64,000 nucleotides of DNA from Trichodelitschia bisporula (Eukaryota), in contig ML996693.1 in assembly GCA_010356995.1 (NCBI GenBank), positions 248,001-312,000 of the forward strand. The letters run 5' to 3'. A program made the translations under genes and the position numbers. This document shows positions 1 to 12,042 of this stretch, one piece after another (position 1 is the first letter of the stretch; every line of letters starts with the position of its first letter). Under the pieces are notes generated by a model. It was not told the DNA's origin, searched no databases, and saw nothing but the letters and a program-made list of their open reading frames with translations.

Positions 1-2980
1 GAGGGGAGGAGGAAGGCGGATTGGGAGGGGAGGGCGTCGCGGGGGAGCCAGGAGGCGGGATGTTCGAGGGCGAGACAGGAGGCTAGATGTTCGAAGTCGG
101 AGAGCGTGCGCCGGCTCGTGGTGACGGTGATAGACCCATTCGTGCCCGGCGTAGCGGTTTTAACGATGAAGCGCACCTGCCCGTCTTCCACGAAGTAGCT
201 CCGCACGACCATAGTCGCGGGCACGCCCGGCGGAGGGGCAGGCGCAGAGAGTAGAACAAGGTCATCGATGCGGTTGCGCACGTCATCGTCCTTGGCTAGC
301 TCGGTGGCGGTGAGGCCGCGCAGATCCTTGGCGTGTAGGTCCACGCGGGGGTCGGCGAAGAGCGCGCGCACCATATCTATGCGCCCATACTTTGACGCGA
401 CCATGAGGGGCGTGAAGTGCTTGTCGTTCTGCGCATTCACGTCGGAGTCGCACTGCCTTAACAGCTTTCCGGCTAGGCGGGCGTCGGCCACGACGTGTAG
501 CAACGTATTCCCCTTTCCATCGACATGCTCGTCGAGATGCAGCATCTGCCCATCGGCCTGGATCGCAGCTGCGGAGGACAGCGCGGCGTCGACCATGCTC
601 CTGTAGTCGGCGTGGTCGTAGGAGCGGCACAGGGCGAAGAGCGGGGTCTGGCCGTTTTTGTCCTTTAGGCGCCAGGGGAGGAGACGGCCTATGCGCGCGA
701 TTAGGCGCGGGTAGTGGAAGAGGTAGTGCGCTACGCAACGGCCGCTGCAATCCACACGCGCGAGATACTCTTTTACAGCACCCTCGTCTGCCCGCGCGAC
801 GATGAAGTCAAACAGGAGATCTGGCAAACCCGTGTGTCCGCTCTGCACCGCGGCGCTGAGCAGCGTCGTTCCTTCGTCGTTCTCGTCCTCCAGCACAACG
901 TGGAGGGGGTAATACACCTCCAGGCTGAGCAGGTACGCCAGACTACCCGCCTGCGCCGCCTCCACCGCCATCATAAGCACGCTCTCACCCGCGAGGCCGC
1001 GCGTGCGGGCCAGTTTCTCGGTACTGTGATCTGCGTCGCGGGCGCTGGACCGCGAAACCACGGTGTCGGAGATAGAGGCGACGGACCAGCCGCTTGAGCT
1101 GGATGTGCTGCGCGTCTGGACCGAGACGCGTTTTTTTATCTTCGGGCGAGGGGGGGAGGGCGCGCGCTCGAAGGGGAAGACGTGCGCGAGGCTGCCGTTA
1201 TGCGCGGACTCGTACGCCAGGGCCGGGATATACCCGTTCGGCCTGCTGCTCTCGCCGTTGAGCGTCGCGCCATCCATAGAATAGTTCGCTGACACACGAT
1301 CGTACTCCGGCCTTGACTGATGTGCGTCGAGCAAGCCATTCGTCTCGTGTACGTCCAGCAGACCGTTGCGCTCCTCCGGTTCGAGCATGCTGCGCATCTC
1401 GGCCACATCCCCGGCCTTCGTAGCCTGCCAAAGAAGTCGATTCCGGCGACTCGACGTGCGCAGGCCGGCGGAGTCATGCAGCAGGTACGAGAGGACGACC
1501 TCAAACGTACTCAGCGCATACCCCATTTCCCCACTCTCCACATCATCCATGAAGATAAAATGCCGCATATACGCCAACCGCGCATGCAAGTGCCTCACCG
1601 GAGCCCTTATGACCACAATAAGCAGCAAACTAACCAGCGTATCCGCATTCATCGTCAACATCGCATTGCGCTTCTCGCTCAGTCCCGCGCCATTCGCCAT
1701 CGGCGCATCGCGCACAGTCGTAAGCTCCGCCTTCGTAATCAGCTTCTCAGTCGCGAGGAGAATCTCCATCATCTCCTGGGGACTGCTCGCCGTGCCGATT
1801 TTCTTGAGCAGCTCGACACCCTTGCTGAGCCGCTGGGATAGCTCCTTGCGCTCGGCCAGCGTGCGGCCCACGGGGATGCCGACTTGCGACACATCGACCT
1901 CGGCCATTTGGCGGACACGGGCTTCGAGCTCGGCGTCGTCGTTGCGGCGGATGGCGCATAGCCGCGGGAAGATGATGTGGTCGTTGACTTGCTCTGCGAC
2001 GTATCGCTCGATCATGCGCTCCACTACGGGGCCCGTGAGGTCCGTCGTCGCGCCTAGCAGGGAGAGTTGCTGCTTGTCGACCATTTGGAATAGATCAATC
2101 GCTGCTGTCACCGCCGTCTCTAGCGCGCGCCGCATGAGATCTTCCTCCTCGCCCACCTCCAGCGCCGTGAGATACCGCCCCGCACTGTTCAGGCTCTCCT
2201 GAACCGAGGAGGACAAGCTATCCATGCTGGCCCTCCGGCTGCGCGTCCGGGGACTCTTAGCCGGCGGCGGAGGAAGCGGCTTCTCAAACTCGCGCCCCAG
2301 CTCCTTAAACAGGCGTTCCAAGCCCGGCTGAAGCTGTCTCGCAATCATCGGGAAATGATTCAATAACTCCCCAAAATCCCTAATCTCCTTTTTTTTCCTC
2401 TTACTCGCCCCCTCATTCGGCGAATTCGGCAACGGTACCGGCGGCGGTCCCGCATCCAGCATAGCCGGCACAATACGCATCAACTCCGGCGCCCCGATCA
2501 ACGGCTTCGAAATATAATACACAAGCCAGGGCTGCGCATCCGGGTGATTAGGATAGTAAATAACGTCGTGCAACAGCTGGACCTGATTCAGGCTCTTAAA
2601 CCCCTTATTGCTGTACACAAACGCATCCTTAACAATCACACTCCGCCCATTTAGCGTCGCGTACTGCTTCGCCTTGGACCGCGAATCGCGGAAACTGGTA
2701 TCCTTCCCGGGGCCCGACGGCGCCACGCCGCCCGGCACGCGCAGCACATGGCTGGCGAGGAAGTCCTCAGACGAGGAGAGGTCGGAGAAGAGGACGTGGG
2801 TTTCGCGGTCGCGGGCTGTGAGGAGGAGGTCTGTTGTGGGGCAGAGGAGGATCTGGGCGTGTTAGCTTTTCCATACCATTGTCTCTTCACAGAGGCCCTT
2901 ACGTGGTGCTGCACCGGCGAGCACTGCGACGGGAGTGCGCTCCGGAAAAAGGCCCGCAGGAAGGGGTTTAGGGGCAGCAT
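1..2980 (-). CDS. VPS9-domain and ankyrin-repeat protein (Vrl1/VARP-like Rab GEF); 3' end lies beyond the window edge
   Basis: ATG at 2980 (MLPLNPFLRAFFRSALPSQCSPVQHH), then intron 2853-2902 (GTAAGG..GCTAAC..CAG). The frame appears open to position 1. It contains a VPS9 core (ADTLVSLLLIVVIRAPVRHLHARLAYMRHFIFMDDVESGEMGYALSTFEVVLSYL) and ankyrin-like repeats (KDKNGQTPLFALCRSY; NAQNDKHFTPLMVASKYG). Confidence 0.85.
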
Positions 2981-3555
2981 CCAAACGTCATGGAGCGGGC
3001 CGGGGGGGGGGGGGGGGTGTACAACGGCGCTGGGCGCCCAAGGGGAGGGCGTGTGTGCGCGCGCGGCGGAGGGGCGCGAGGTCTCGTCTATATGAGGGTG
3101 AGTCGAGATAGGCGTTCTCGCAGCTGCGATAAACGGCGGGTGGGGGGTCGCGAGTTGGCTCGATAGCTTTGGCTGGGACGTCGTACTCAGTGCGGAGTTG
3201 GGACAGGCTGGGGGCGATTGGGGGCGCGGTGCAAAGAATGTGCTGGTGCGCGGGGAGTTTGTTAGCTGGTTTGCGATGAAGGAAAGCTTGGTGGTGAGAT
3301 TGATGGATAGTTTGGACAGAGAGTTATTGCCTTTGCCTTGCCCTGGTCGAGAGCAGGCAAGGCCGTCAGTCACATGAAAGGCGTTCGGCGCTTTGATGGT
3401 CCGCGCGGTCTGTGCGCGTAGCTTGCGGGCTGCGTTGCAGGCAGCTTGACTGCGACTCCAACGCGTGGACATCACCGACTTCACCGCCGCCTTTGACTTC
3501 ATCTTCAACGTCAACTCACCCAGCGCCATCTTCTTCGCAACTCCAGATCGTCAAA

Positions 3556-4122
3556 ATGGTACTCCCTCCTCCCCGTCCCCGTCACACCCTCAAAAGCTAA
3601 CCACCCCTCCCAGGCCCTGCGCATCACCCCCCCCACCGCCCTCCCCAAGTCCTACCAAACCACCTCCGCCCCCTCCGCCCCGGGCATCCCGGATACCCTC
3701 CGCCAGAAACTCTCTCTCACCACCCCCGCCCCCACCAGCACCAACAACAAAGCCCCCATCACCCTCTCCTCAACGCACCCCCTCGAGGCCCGCCTCGCCC
3801 AATGGCGCGCCACCCAAGACTCCCTCAAGATGGAAGGTCTGCGACGTGCATACGGGATCGCGGAGCCCGTGCGCCGCGGTATGGAGCTCCGCATTGCGGG
3901 GGCCGGGGAGTGGCGCCCGTTGTGCTTGGGGGGGAGTGCGGGGGTGCATAGTGATGTGTTGAATGGGAGGGAGGCGGAGATTGCGTGGGAGGATGTGTTT
4001 ACTGGTAAGTGGGAATGGAAGATGGAGGGATGGGAATGTGGGCTGACGTTGCAGGTGATGAATTGCGTGAGGTGCCGGATTTCCATTCGGAGGTTGAGGC
4101 GCGGATGAAGATGAACTGGTAG
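3556..4122 (+). CDS. UMP1: Proteasome maturation factor Ump1
   Basis: The first exon is the ATG alone; introns 3559-3613 and 4005-4054. The spliced protein has HPLEARLAQWRATQDSLKMEGLRRAYGIAEPVRRGMEL...VHSDVLNGREAEIAWEDVF...FHSEVEARMKMNW, the UMP1/POMP signature. Confidence 0.92.
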
Positions 4123-4737
4123 ATGGGGAGATATGTGGATGGGTAGGGAGGAGTTTTTATGCTGCGCGTGGCTGTGCGGGAAGCTCTGTCGGTCGGCTAG
4201 AGCTTTGAGCGCTGAGGGTATATCGTCGGGTCCGTTAGAGTGTGGTCTATGAGAATCGTCAAGGACTGTCTATTGGGTCCATCAGAGCGTGATCCATGAG
4301 AATCATGTCTACCTCATCTACGAGCAAAGCCTCGTCCCATCAGTCACCATATGTATCCAGTTCAGCCTCACCACATCAAGCACTCACACGATCACCAATC
4401 ACACTCAACCATGCAATACAGTCTATCAATCCCATCCCTCATGATTAGCAGCCCATCTACCATGCCCCACTCCACAGCACAGCCAGCAGTAGCAGCTCCC
4501 ACTCCCACGCGCCTACTGACACAAAAAAAAGCGCCCAGAACCACAATCGCCTCCATCCCAATATGAACAAACGATCAGCAATAGCAGCACCAACGACATA
4601 TGACACCCCAACCCCTCAAACGCCCCCCACCCATCCCACAAAATTCACCCAATAACTAAAGAACGACGGGCCGGTAAACGCCCATCACTCCATCCCCACG
4701 CACTCGTAGTTGTTTGATCCCCTCCTCGCCTCCCCAC

Positions 4738-5321
4738 TCACATAACAGAGCAGCATCCACACCCACTCCCACTGCCCGCCGACCCCCGACGACTCGACGA
4801 CTTCGGATGTTTAACATCCTCCTCATCGAGAATCTCTTGCGGCTTAACCGTCATGTGCACGACATTCGGACTCTCAGCATTAAACCGGCAATCTGCGCGT
4901 ATCAGCCCCATCCTCCCCCCAAATTCAAAACCACTCACCCTTCAACGGCGCCTTATCATCCAACATCCGCCCAAAATGAATCAAGCGGATATACCCCGGA
5001 TTCGCCGGCCGTGTCTCCCACTCTACACACAGCACGTCAGCCCACACATCCACACCATTATCACCCTCTACACCACCACCATAAACACTCACCATCCCTC
5101 CAATCCCGCCAAATCATCTCCTTCATAGTATACACATTAATCCCAAACGGATCCGCCGGCTCCCCGGCGTTCACCCCCCGTTTCCGCAGGTACTTCGCGT
5201 CGATCTTGAATGCATGCCGCGCGCCGCTCGTTAGCAGCAGCGTGACTTGCACGGCGGGGCTGGGCGCGGGTGTGCGGGGGGCGGATTCGGGGGCGATGTC
5301 TTCGGCGGGGGTTGCGGGCGT

Positions 5322-5359
<38 letters not shown>

Positions 5360-5729
5360 GAGCGGGTGTTGAAGGCGTGGCTGGAGTCGTAGTAACGGGT
5401 GCCGACGCAGGAGCCGTATCCTTAGACGCAGCCGCAGTCGTAGCCGCCGCCTTCCCGACTAAACTCGCCGGCGTCGCACCCACGGCAGCACTGCTCCTCG
5501 CTGCCGGTGCGATAGCGGGACTCTCCGCTGCACCAAGGGCGAGCGGTTGAGGTGCGAGAGGGGATGGAGATGGAGCGAGGGTTGCTGTTGGGGGGAGGGT
5601 CGGAGCAGTTGTGGATGTAGTCGGGGCTGCAGCAGTCGCCGTTGCGGCCGCGGCTTCATTGGTACCGCTGCGCTCGACCTGTGCCATTTCGGCTGCGGCG
5701 TCGAGCGTGTCGTCCGTTGTTGCGGGCAT
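4738..5729 (-). CDS. UBL3/MUB-like membrane-anchored ubiquitin-fold protein with a long Ala/Pro/Thr-rich N-terminus
   Basis: Three exons separated by two GTGAGT..AG introns (about 5023-5092 and 4893-4939). They give VQVTLLLTSGARHAFKID...VYTMKEMIWRDWRD-EWETRPANPGYIRLIHFGRMLDDKAPLK-DCRFNAESPNVVHMTVKP, ending GCGCCSVM (CaaX). An additional upstream exon is possible. Confidence 0.85.
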
Positions 5730-6590
5730 CGCCGCGGTGTGAGCGGGTTGGCGGAGGGGCGCCGCGTGGGTGATGCGGGTGCGGATGGATGACGGAATCT
5801 AGAGATGAGATAGAGTGGGTGGAGCGGCGTGCGGCCGCGATGCGATGTCAGTGGTGCTACGTGCTGGGGCTGAGCGTCGATGCACCCCGTGCGTTCGGGC
5901 GCGGCGGGTTGGAGTGGGTGGCCCAGGGAGCGGTGCGGTGCGGTTCAAACAAGCTTGCTTAGGTTCTTTGCTTGGGGCTTTGCTTGGTGTGCGGTGGGTG
6001 GGGGTGCGTGCAGACGGGGAGAGGAGGGGGAGGGGGGTATAGAGTAGACTGTAACCAGAGGGATGTGTGTAGACAGCCGCGGAGTAGGGACGAGGTGAAT
6101 TGGGAATAGGAAGCAGCGGGTGAAAGTGGAGTTTGAACGACTTCAAGCCAGTTGCGCGGTGGCGATGTTGTGTGTTCGGTTCCGCGTACAAGTCGGAGAA
6201 AAGAAAAGGACTCGCGGGCAACGGCGGCGGCTGGCGGTAGCAGCGAGCAGTGTGTTCCACTCGATACCTCCGTAGACCCCTTCACTTTCTTCTTCTCCCC
6301 CTCTTGTCTCTCCACCTCTCGTGCTGAAATGCCGCGTGGGCCGGCGATCCGCTGCGTTCCCCTTGCAAACAACCAAATCGCTGGTTCAGTGGGCCTGAGG
6401 GAAGGGAAAACTGGTGGTCAGAGCACTTGTCTCGTGCGGCGCGTGTCGCAGCGTTCCCTCGGACAGAGACGCCGCTAAGAAATAAAGAAAAGAATGGGGT
6501 GGGATCGGGTGTAAACAGTGATGAAAGATACAATTGATGCTCTGCAGATTCAAGCTGTAGCGATAGCAATAGCAGCACCAAAACAACCGA

Positions 6591-6643
6591 CAAGCAGACA
6601 AGCAGACAAGCAGACAAGCAGACAAGCAGACAAGCAGACAAGC
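6591..6643. repeat. 8-bp tandem repeat (CAAGCAGA)x6.6
   Basis: Perfect repeats read directly from the sequence; they lie upstream of the UBL3-like gene. Confidence 0.95.
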
Positions 6644-7045
6644 GTGCGGCTGAAGCCGATCCTCGCTGCTTGGGTGATTGATGCCCATCAACCTGTCCTT
6701 CCTCCTTCCATCTTCCCCCTCGATTCGTTGCAGTACCTGCCCTGCTGAGACAGGAGCATCCTGCCACGCCTGCTCCTCGTTCCGCTTTGCAGTCATTGGT
6801 GACATCAGAGTGAGGTATATGGTACGCCCGTTGCTACAACATTCAGGCTGCAGATCTGGTACCCGGTACATTGCACCAAAGGGCGGCCCGGGAGTGGCGG
6901 CAGCCTTACGGATATATCCCTACAGTAGCCCCACCATGCTAAGCGTCTATTTATGTTCCTAGCGTCTATATGTCCGATATCACCCCGAGCTTGATGAAAG
7001 ATCCGATCTGCCATCTCAAGTGGTGTCTCTGGATAGGATTCTACA

Positions 7046-7101
7046 CCTCTATCCACAATTCCATCCCTCTATCCACAATTCCATCCCTCTATCCACGATT
7101 C
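7046..7101. repeat. 20-bp tandem repeat (CCTCTATCCACAATTCCATC)x2.8
   Basis: Directly visible; abuts the ERG8 stop codon, so it lies in the 3' UTR. Confidence 0.9.
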
Positions 7102-8452
7102 TACACCCCGGCCCACCCCCCATACACCTCTCCCACCTCCTCCATCCGAACCCCCTCACTCTCCTCCCTCACATCCAAAATCCCCACCCGCCCCCCACCA
7201 TCAACCTTCCACCCCGCCAGCACCCTCTTCAACCCCTCCAACACCTCCTCCCGATTCTCTACTAACAGCGCAACAGCATCATACCCACCAGCCCCAGGCA
7301 CAACACCGCCAACCACACCATCCACTTTCGAGCATGCATCCAGCAGCTCCGTCTGGCCCCTCGGCTCAATAGGCGCGTCAGCCAGCCGGCCCATCTCGCG
7401 CACCAGTTCCCTAACCGCCTCAATTCGCCTCCGAAGCCCATCAAAGCTGCTCTCCTTATTCGCCTCAACCAACGTCCGCAATTCACCAGCCAGAGCATCA
7501 TTCCGTCCCTGCAACCCACTCCACAACATCCCCGCCTCCTCCGGCTCCCGCCCCCTCCACCCTAAGACCTGCTTAACCATGCCCACCGTCGCACTCCCAC
7601 AATCCACATCACACATCACAAGCCGCAGTCCCTCAGGCAACTTCTCCAACTCCTCAACCTCCACATCCCACTTCCCCTCCACAACGCCCTTCAACTTCGC
7701 CGCAAAGCCCTCCTCGCCCGGCGCGCCCAGCCCGGACAAAATATCAGGACTGAACCGCCGATACCGGCACGCGCCCCACGTCGCAGCCGCAACATCGAAG
7801 CCAGAGCCGACCTTGCCCTGCGCCGCGCAATGCGCAACCTGCGCCAGGTTATGCACCACCTTCTTCCCCTCCGCACCGCCGACCTCAAAGCCCGGCACAT
7901 AATGCACCAGCAGCGCCGCCGTAAGTGCCGTGACCAGCGCCGCCGAGCTGCCGAGCCCAGTCTTGTGTGCATCCTTCAGCAGCGTCGGAAAGCGCGTAAA
8001 GCGGCCCTTCTTCACCGCGTCTTCAGGAATGGTGTAGTACGCATCGTCCGCGAGGATGGTAACATTTGCGCTAGGGAGCGGAGGCGACAGCGCCGACGTA
8101 TAGCTCAGGACGTGGGACAGGGTGGTCTGGACGAAGGGATTGGGGCTGCCTTCACTGTGAAAGGGAAGTCAGCACCGATCATTGACCTTTCTCAAGTGAC
8201 GAACCTCGTCTGCACGACAGCCACGCCCCCGCTGCCTCTCCTCTGCACCTCGTATTCCCACGGCGCATCGTCGAACTGCGGTGACCGCACGCTGATCTTC
8301 CCTTCTGCTGTACCCGCGTCTGCGATGACGGTGTGGACCCGTGCAGAAAGTCCAAACACGAGCCCAGTGTGTGCGCGGTCGAGCACCAGGTAGCCGCCTG
8401 CGAGGAGAACTTTGCCCGGAGCGGAGGCCGCTGTGCTGTGTGGAGGTGACAT
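7101..8452 (-). CDS. ERG8: Phosphomevalonate kinase
   Basis: GHMP motifs SAPGKVLLAGGYLVLD, KTGLGSSAALVT, HCAAQGKVGSGFDVA and VPGAGGYDA; one intron at about 8156-8205. Confidence 0.97.
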
Positions 8453-9678
8453 TTTAGCGAAGTGCGCAGAGGTGAGTGCGGATTTACCCAGCGTCTGCGA
8501 ATGGTTGTTGGGGTGTCTTTGGCGGGGTACTTTGGGCGGGGTATACGGGCTGGCTTGGCAGTGGATACCCATTGGCTAGCAGGTGGATGGGGTTTGTCCG
8601 TGCGGCGCCGGCAACAGTACCGGGGATTTGGTTGAATTCGTGATCCTGACGGATGGGTTCGGTCTGAAAGGGCATTTTCTTTTGAAGTACGCCCAAATAG
8701 TACGGAAGTTCCCCTTCAGTAAATGGGAAAAGAAAGGAAATGATGCATCCTATGTTTCCACTTTGGAGCTTTGGTCGTCAAGTCGAGAGGTAAAGTGAGG
8801 ACTCCAGCACCCTTATATCAGGCGTGGACTGGACTGATGCAGACTGCAGAATGTTGCATGACGATACGTGAGCCGCTTCTGGCGCGGGACGAGGATTAGC
8901 GACCCAGCCCATTTCTGGGGATACCCGCCACAAGCCTCAGGGATATTTGCAAAAAAACTTTACATGTACAGAAAGCTCCCCTGTAAATTTGAACTGCAGC
9001 GAAAAGCCTCACCCATGTATGTGGGGGCGCCTTCCCTGTAACTTCGTACAAGGCTCCCTTTTGAGTGTGCAAGGCTGCCTTTGGTGTGTGCAATGTCTTA
9101 GACTCCCGAATGGTAAGGTGTTTGAATGGGGAATTCCCGAGACTTGGTTGGCGATAAGCTGCCCATTTTCTTCGTTACCCGATCGGAGGTACGAAGCGGG
9201 ATAACACTAGACGGGGACGACGGGCAGTCCATGCCGGGTGTGATCTGGGCGGATGAAAGCAATGTCGCAAGTGGCTATTTGGAGGCACGAACAGACCGCT
9301 GAAATCGCTATCCACGCCATATCCCGTCCAAAACGCATATGGTACTCTCGGACTTAAAAATTCCATAAGCATCTGCGGCTCTAACAATCCAGCAACTCCA
9401 CTTCCAACAGTTGCCATAAGACGACCGCCATCCATCAACACGTGATATTACCATCGTACAGGAAGAGCGTAGAGCAGACATAACCGACCCCAGAGTCATA
9501 CCATACCCTAACCCGATAGAAAGCCGCGCCTAAGGACTCGAACCCATCAATATAGAAAGGCATATCAACCAAAGGGAAGGAGGCGGACGGCCAGTGTAAG
9601 GCTGTGACATCGCTGCTGAGCTAGTCGATGGTAGTGATAGTTTCAGATAGCAAGCAACGTAGGCCGAACGATCTGCCC

Positions 9679-10842
9679 TTACGCTTTCGTATTCGCACTC
9701 AGTTTCGTAGGGTTGACCTTGGGTACCCCTAGTTCTGTGCCGTACAGCTCCTTGAAGTCATGCAAATACTGAGCACGTTGTGCGAGGTTCTTTGCTTGGT
9801 ACGTCTACCCGCCGTTAGCACTCGAACCAAGGCGGACAGATAACTTCAACTCACCTCTTTCACTTCCGGACTGAGAGAGCGCCACTCTCCGGATGCGCGT
9901 TGCATTAACTCCTTGATAGTCAGGCCTTGGACACTGTCGCCGGAGTACTTCTCATTGATGAAAAGTCCGAAAGAATTGGACGGCCTAGTGAGCTGGCGAG
10001 GATCGTGTATGAGGTGAACTCTGGCCTTGGATGAGCGCCGTAACTTTTCACGGTGGAGGATCCTCCGAGCTCGGTTGGCAAGGCGAATCTGGTCCGGCGT
10101 GTGCTTCTTCAGCCACTCGTCGTGCGCTACCGCGTTCTTGCCTTTATTTTCCAGAGCAACGCTCGCGAGGCGCTACACCAATTGGATCAGTCTCCTGTGG
10201 TCGCATCACTCATCACATGCATACCTCTCGTTCCAAAGCATCCAGATCATCGTATCTGGGCTTCAGCTCACTGAGCTGGAGCTTTCCCCCTTGGGAATTG
10301 TCCTTGACGAAGATCACCCAGGGATTCGTCGGCAATGGCTTGGGCACGATCAGGGCCTCCTCTTTCAGCTCTCGCAGCCGTTGGTTGCGAGCCCTCTTCT
10401 TTAAGGCATCTTTTTTCTTTTCAGCCCGTGCTAGCTTCCTCTCCTTCTGCTCCGGTGTAAGCTCTCTCCGCTTCGTAGCGGGCTTCTTCGCAGGTTTCTT
10501 CGCAGGCTTCGCCTTGGCTCGTACTGGACTCTTCTTCTTCGTCGCCGTCGCAGCAGTCTTCTTGGTCCCAGTTGCCTTGCGCTTGGTCTTCGTCGCCGCT
10601 TTGGCCTTCGTCTTGGTTGCCGCAGCCGAGGCAGCAAGGCGCGACGCAGAATTCGTAAACCCGCGTCCGAATTGCGGGAGGATCCCGCACGTTCCCCATG
10701 ATCCTTTAGGAAGTTGACCGAGTACGCGCAAAGGGGTAGCGAGCGAGATGCCGTTCAGGCTTGCGAACAGGCGTGCGACATTGTGCTGGGCGGAGACTCT
10801 GGCGGTGCCGGTCGCAACGCGGAGTAGGCGGGACTTGAGCAT
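9679..10842 (-). CDS. Mitochondrial HMG-box protein (Abf2/TFAM-like nucleoid protein)
   Basis: Arg/Leu/Ser-rich presequence-like N-terminus and a Lys/Ala-rich linker. Two HMG-like boxes: PKPLPTNPWVIF...YDDLDALERE and IHDPRQLTRPSNSFGLFINEK...EWRSLSPEVKE. Introns 10173-10224 and 9805-9854. Confidence 0.8.
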
Positions 10843-11459
10843 TCTGCATGCCGCGATTGTCAGTGACGTTGTGGAACGGAAGAAAAAGAAATATATTCAG
10901 GCGCAGAACGGGCGGGGGTTGAGGGCTTACATGAAAGCGGCGATTTTTGGTTCGATCGCTCAAGCTCCCCGCGGTCGCGTGGGTTGGGTGGGTGGCTGGT
11001 TCGAGCTTGGAGCGGTTTAACGGCCGGCGGTGAGACGAGCTTGAGAGAGCCAGACTTAAGTGGAGGTATCACGTGCCAGGGGCAGGACTATGACGTCCAA
11101 TCACTCAGAACTTCACATCCGGAGGTTCGACCGGATGGAAGCGGGAGTCCTCCGAATTTTTGAGCAAAGATGTTCAGCTGTACTACCAGCTTCGAAAGCT
11201 CTGCTCATAGGGTAATATGCGACTCAGCGCTGCATATTTTGCAATATATGACCTGCGCCTTGAGGTACACAATCAACATTGCAAACCCCATTGCTTCATA
11301 CTCATACAGGTTCGACGGATGAACGTGGGGAGCTTGTTTCACCCGTGAGCCTAGTATGTACCGGGGACCTCTTCCCTTCGGTCGGTTCATACGCACATCG
11401 CTCAAAGCGGGACAGTAAGTCCATCTAAGGAGGTACACCTCGCCGCTCTACAACGATGC

Positions 11460-12042
11460 TCAAGCGCTTGCTTCAGCGGAACCCTCGCCTTGCAGAATCT
11501 TCTGCCGCAGCACTGCCGAGGAGTCAGTATTGGAGCGCCCGAGGTGGCCTCACACAAGGTCCACTCACCGTCCTCTATTAGCCTCAAATTATCCGATTTT
11601 CCCGCCACAATCTTCTCCAGGTCCACGAGATTCGTCTGCAGTTCCTTCACCTTGCCCTCATAGAACTCCTTCGCTCCGTTCCTGGACTTCTCCACGTAGA
11701 ATCCCGTGCCAACATCGACAATCACCTTCTCCGTATCCGCCAGCTTTCCCGGCACGTATAGGCTCGAGGTCAAGGGAACGAGAATGGTACGATCGGTGTT
11801 CTTTGACGCCAGACCCGTAGAGATGGAGTTCAAGCAGTCGCGGAACTTGGCTTGCGCGGTACGAAGAGACTGGAAAGAGCTGGTGAGGTGTTGAAGCTCC
11901 TCATCCAGCTGCTTCTTGAGTTGACTGAGCTGCGCGACGCTCAGGTCGGTCAGCTTCACTGCACTATATCAGCATACTGAGTGAGCCTGCGTAAAGAAAG
12001 ATTACCTGTCTGTGGGCCTGAGCCAGCAGAAGGGGTTGCCAT
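11460..12042 (-). CDS. GIM5: Prefoldin subunit 5 (alpha type)
   Basis: ILVPLTSSLYVPGKLADTEKVIVDVGTGFYVEK motif; two introns (about 11961-12005 and 11514-11569). Confidence 0.95.

Noticed and set aside
268..2202. Long + strand ORFs (for example 1366-2202 and 1320-1841)
   Set aside because: Antisense shadows of the minus-strand VPS9/ankyrin gene in GC-rich DNA.
6591..7101. Tandem repeats as a CRISPR array or mobile-element ends
   Set aside because: The units are head-to-tail with no spacers and the context is eukaryotic; no cas or transposase sequence is present.
6970..7902. 310-aa Ser/Pro-rich ORF
   Set aside because: Antisense to ERG8; a product of the C-rich skew.
9530..9630. Intact tRNA gene
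   Set aside because: The B-box is present but the T stem and acceptor stem do not pair.
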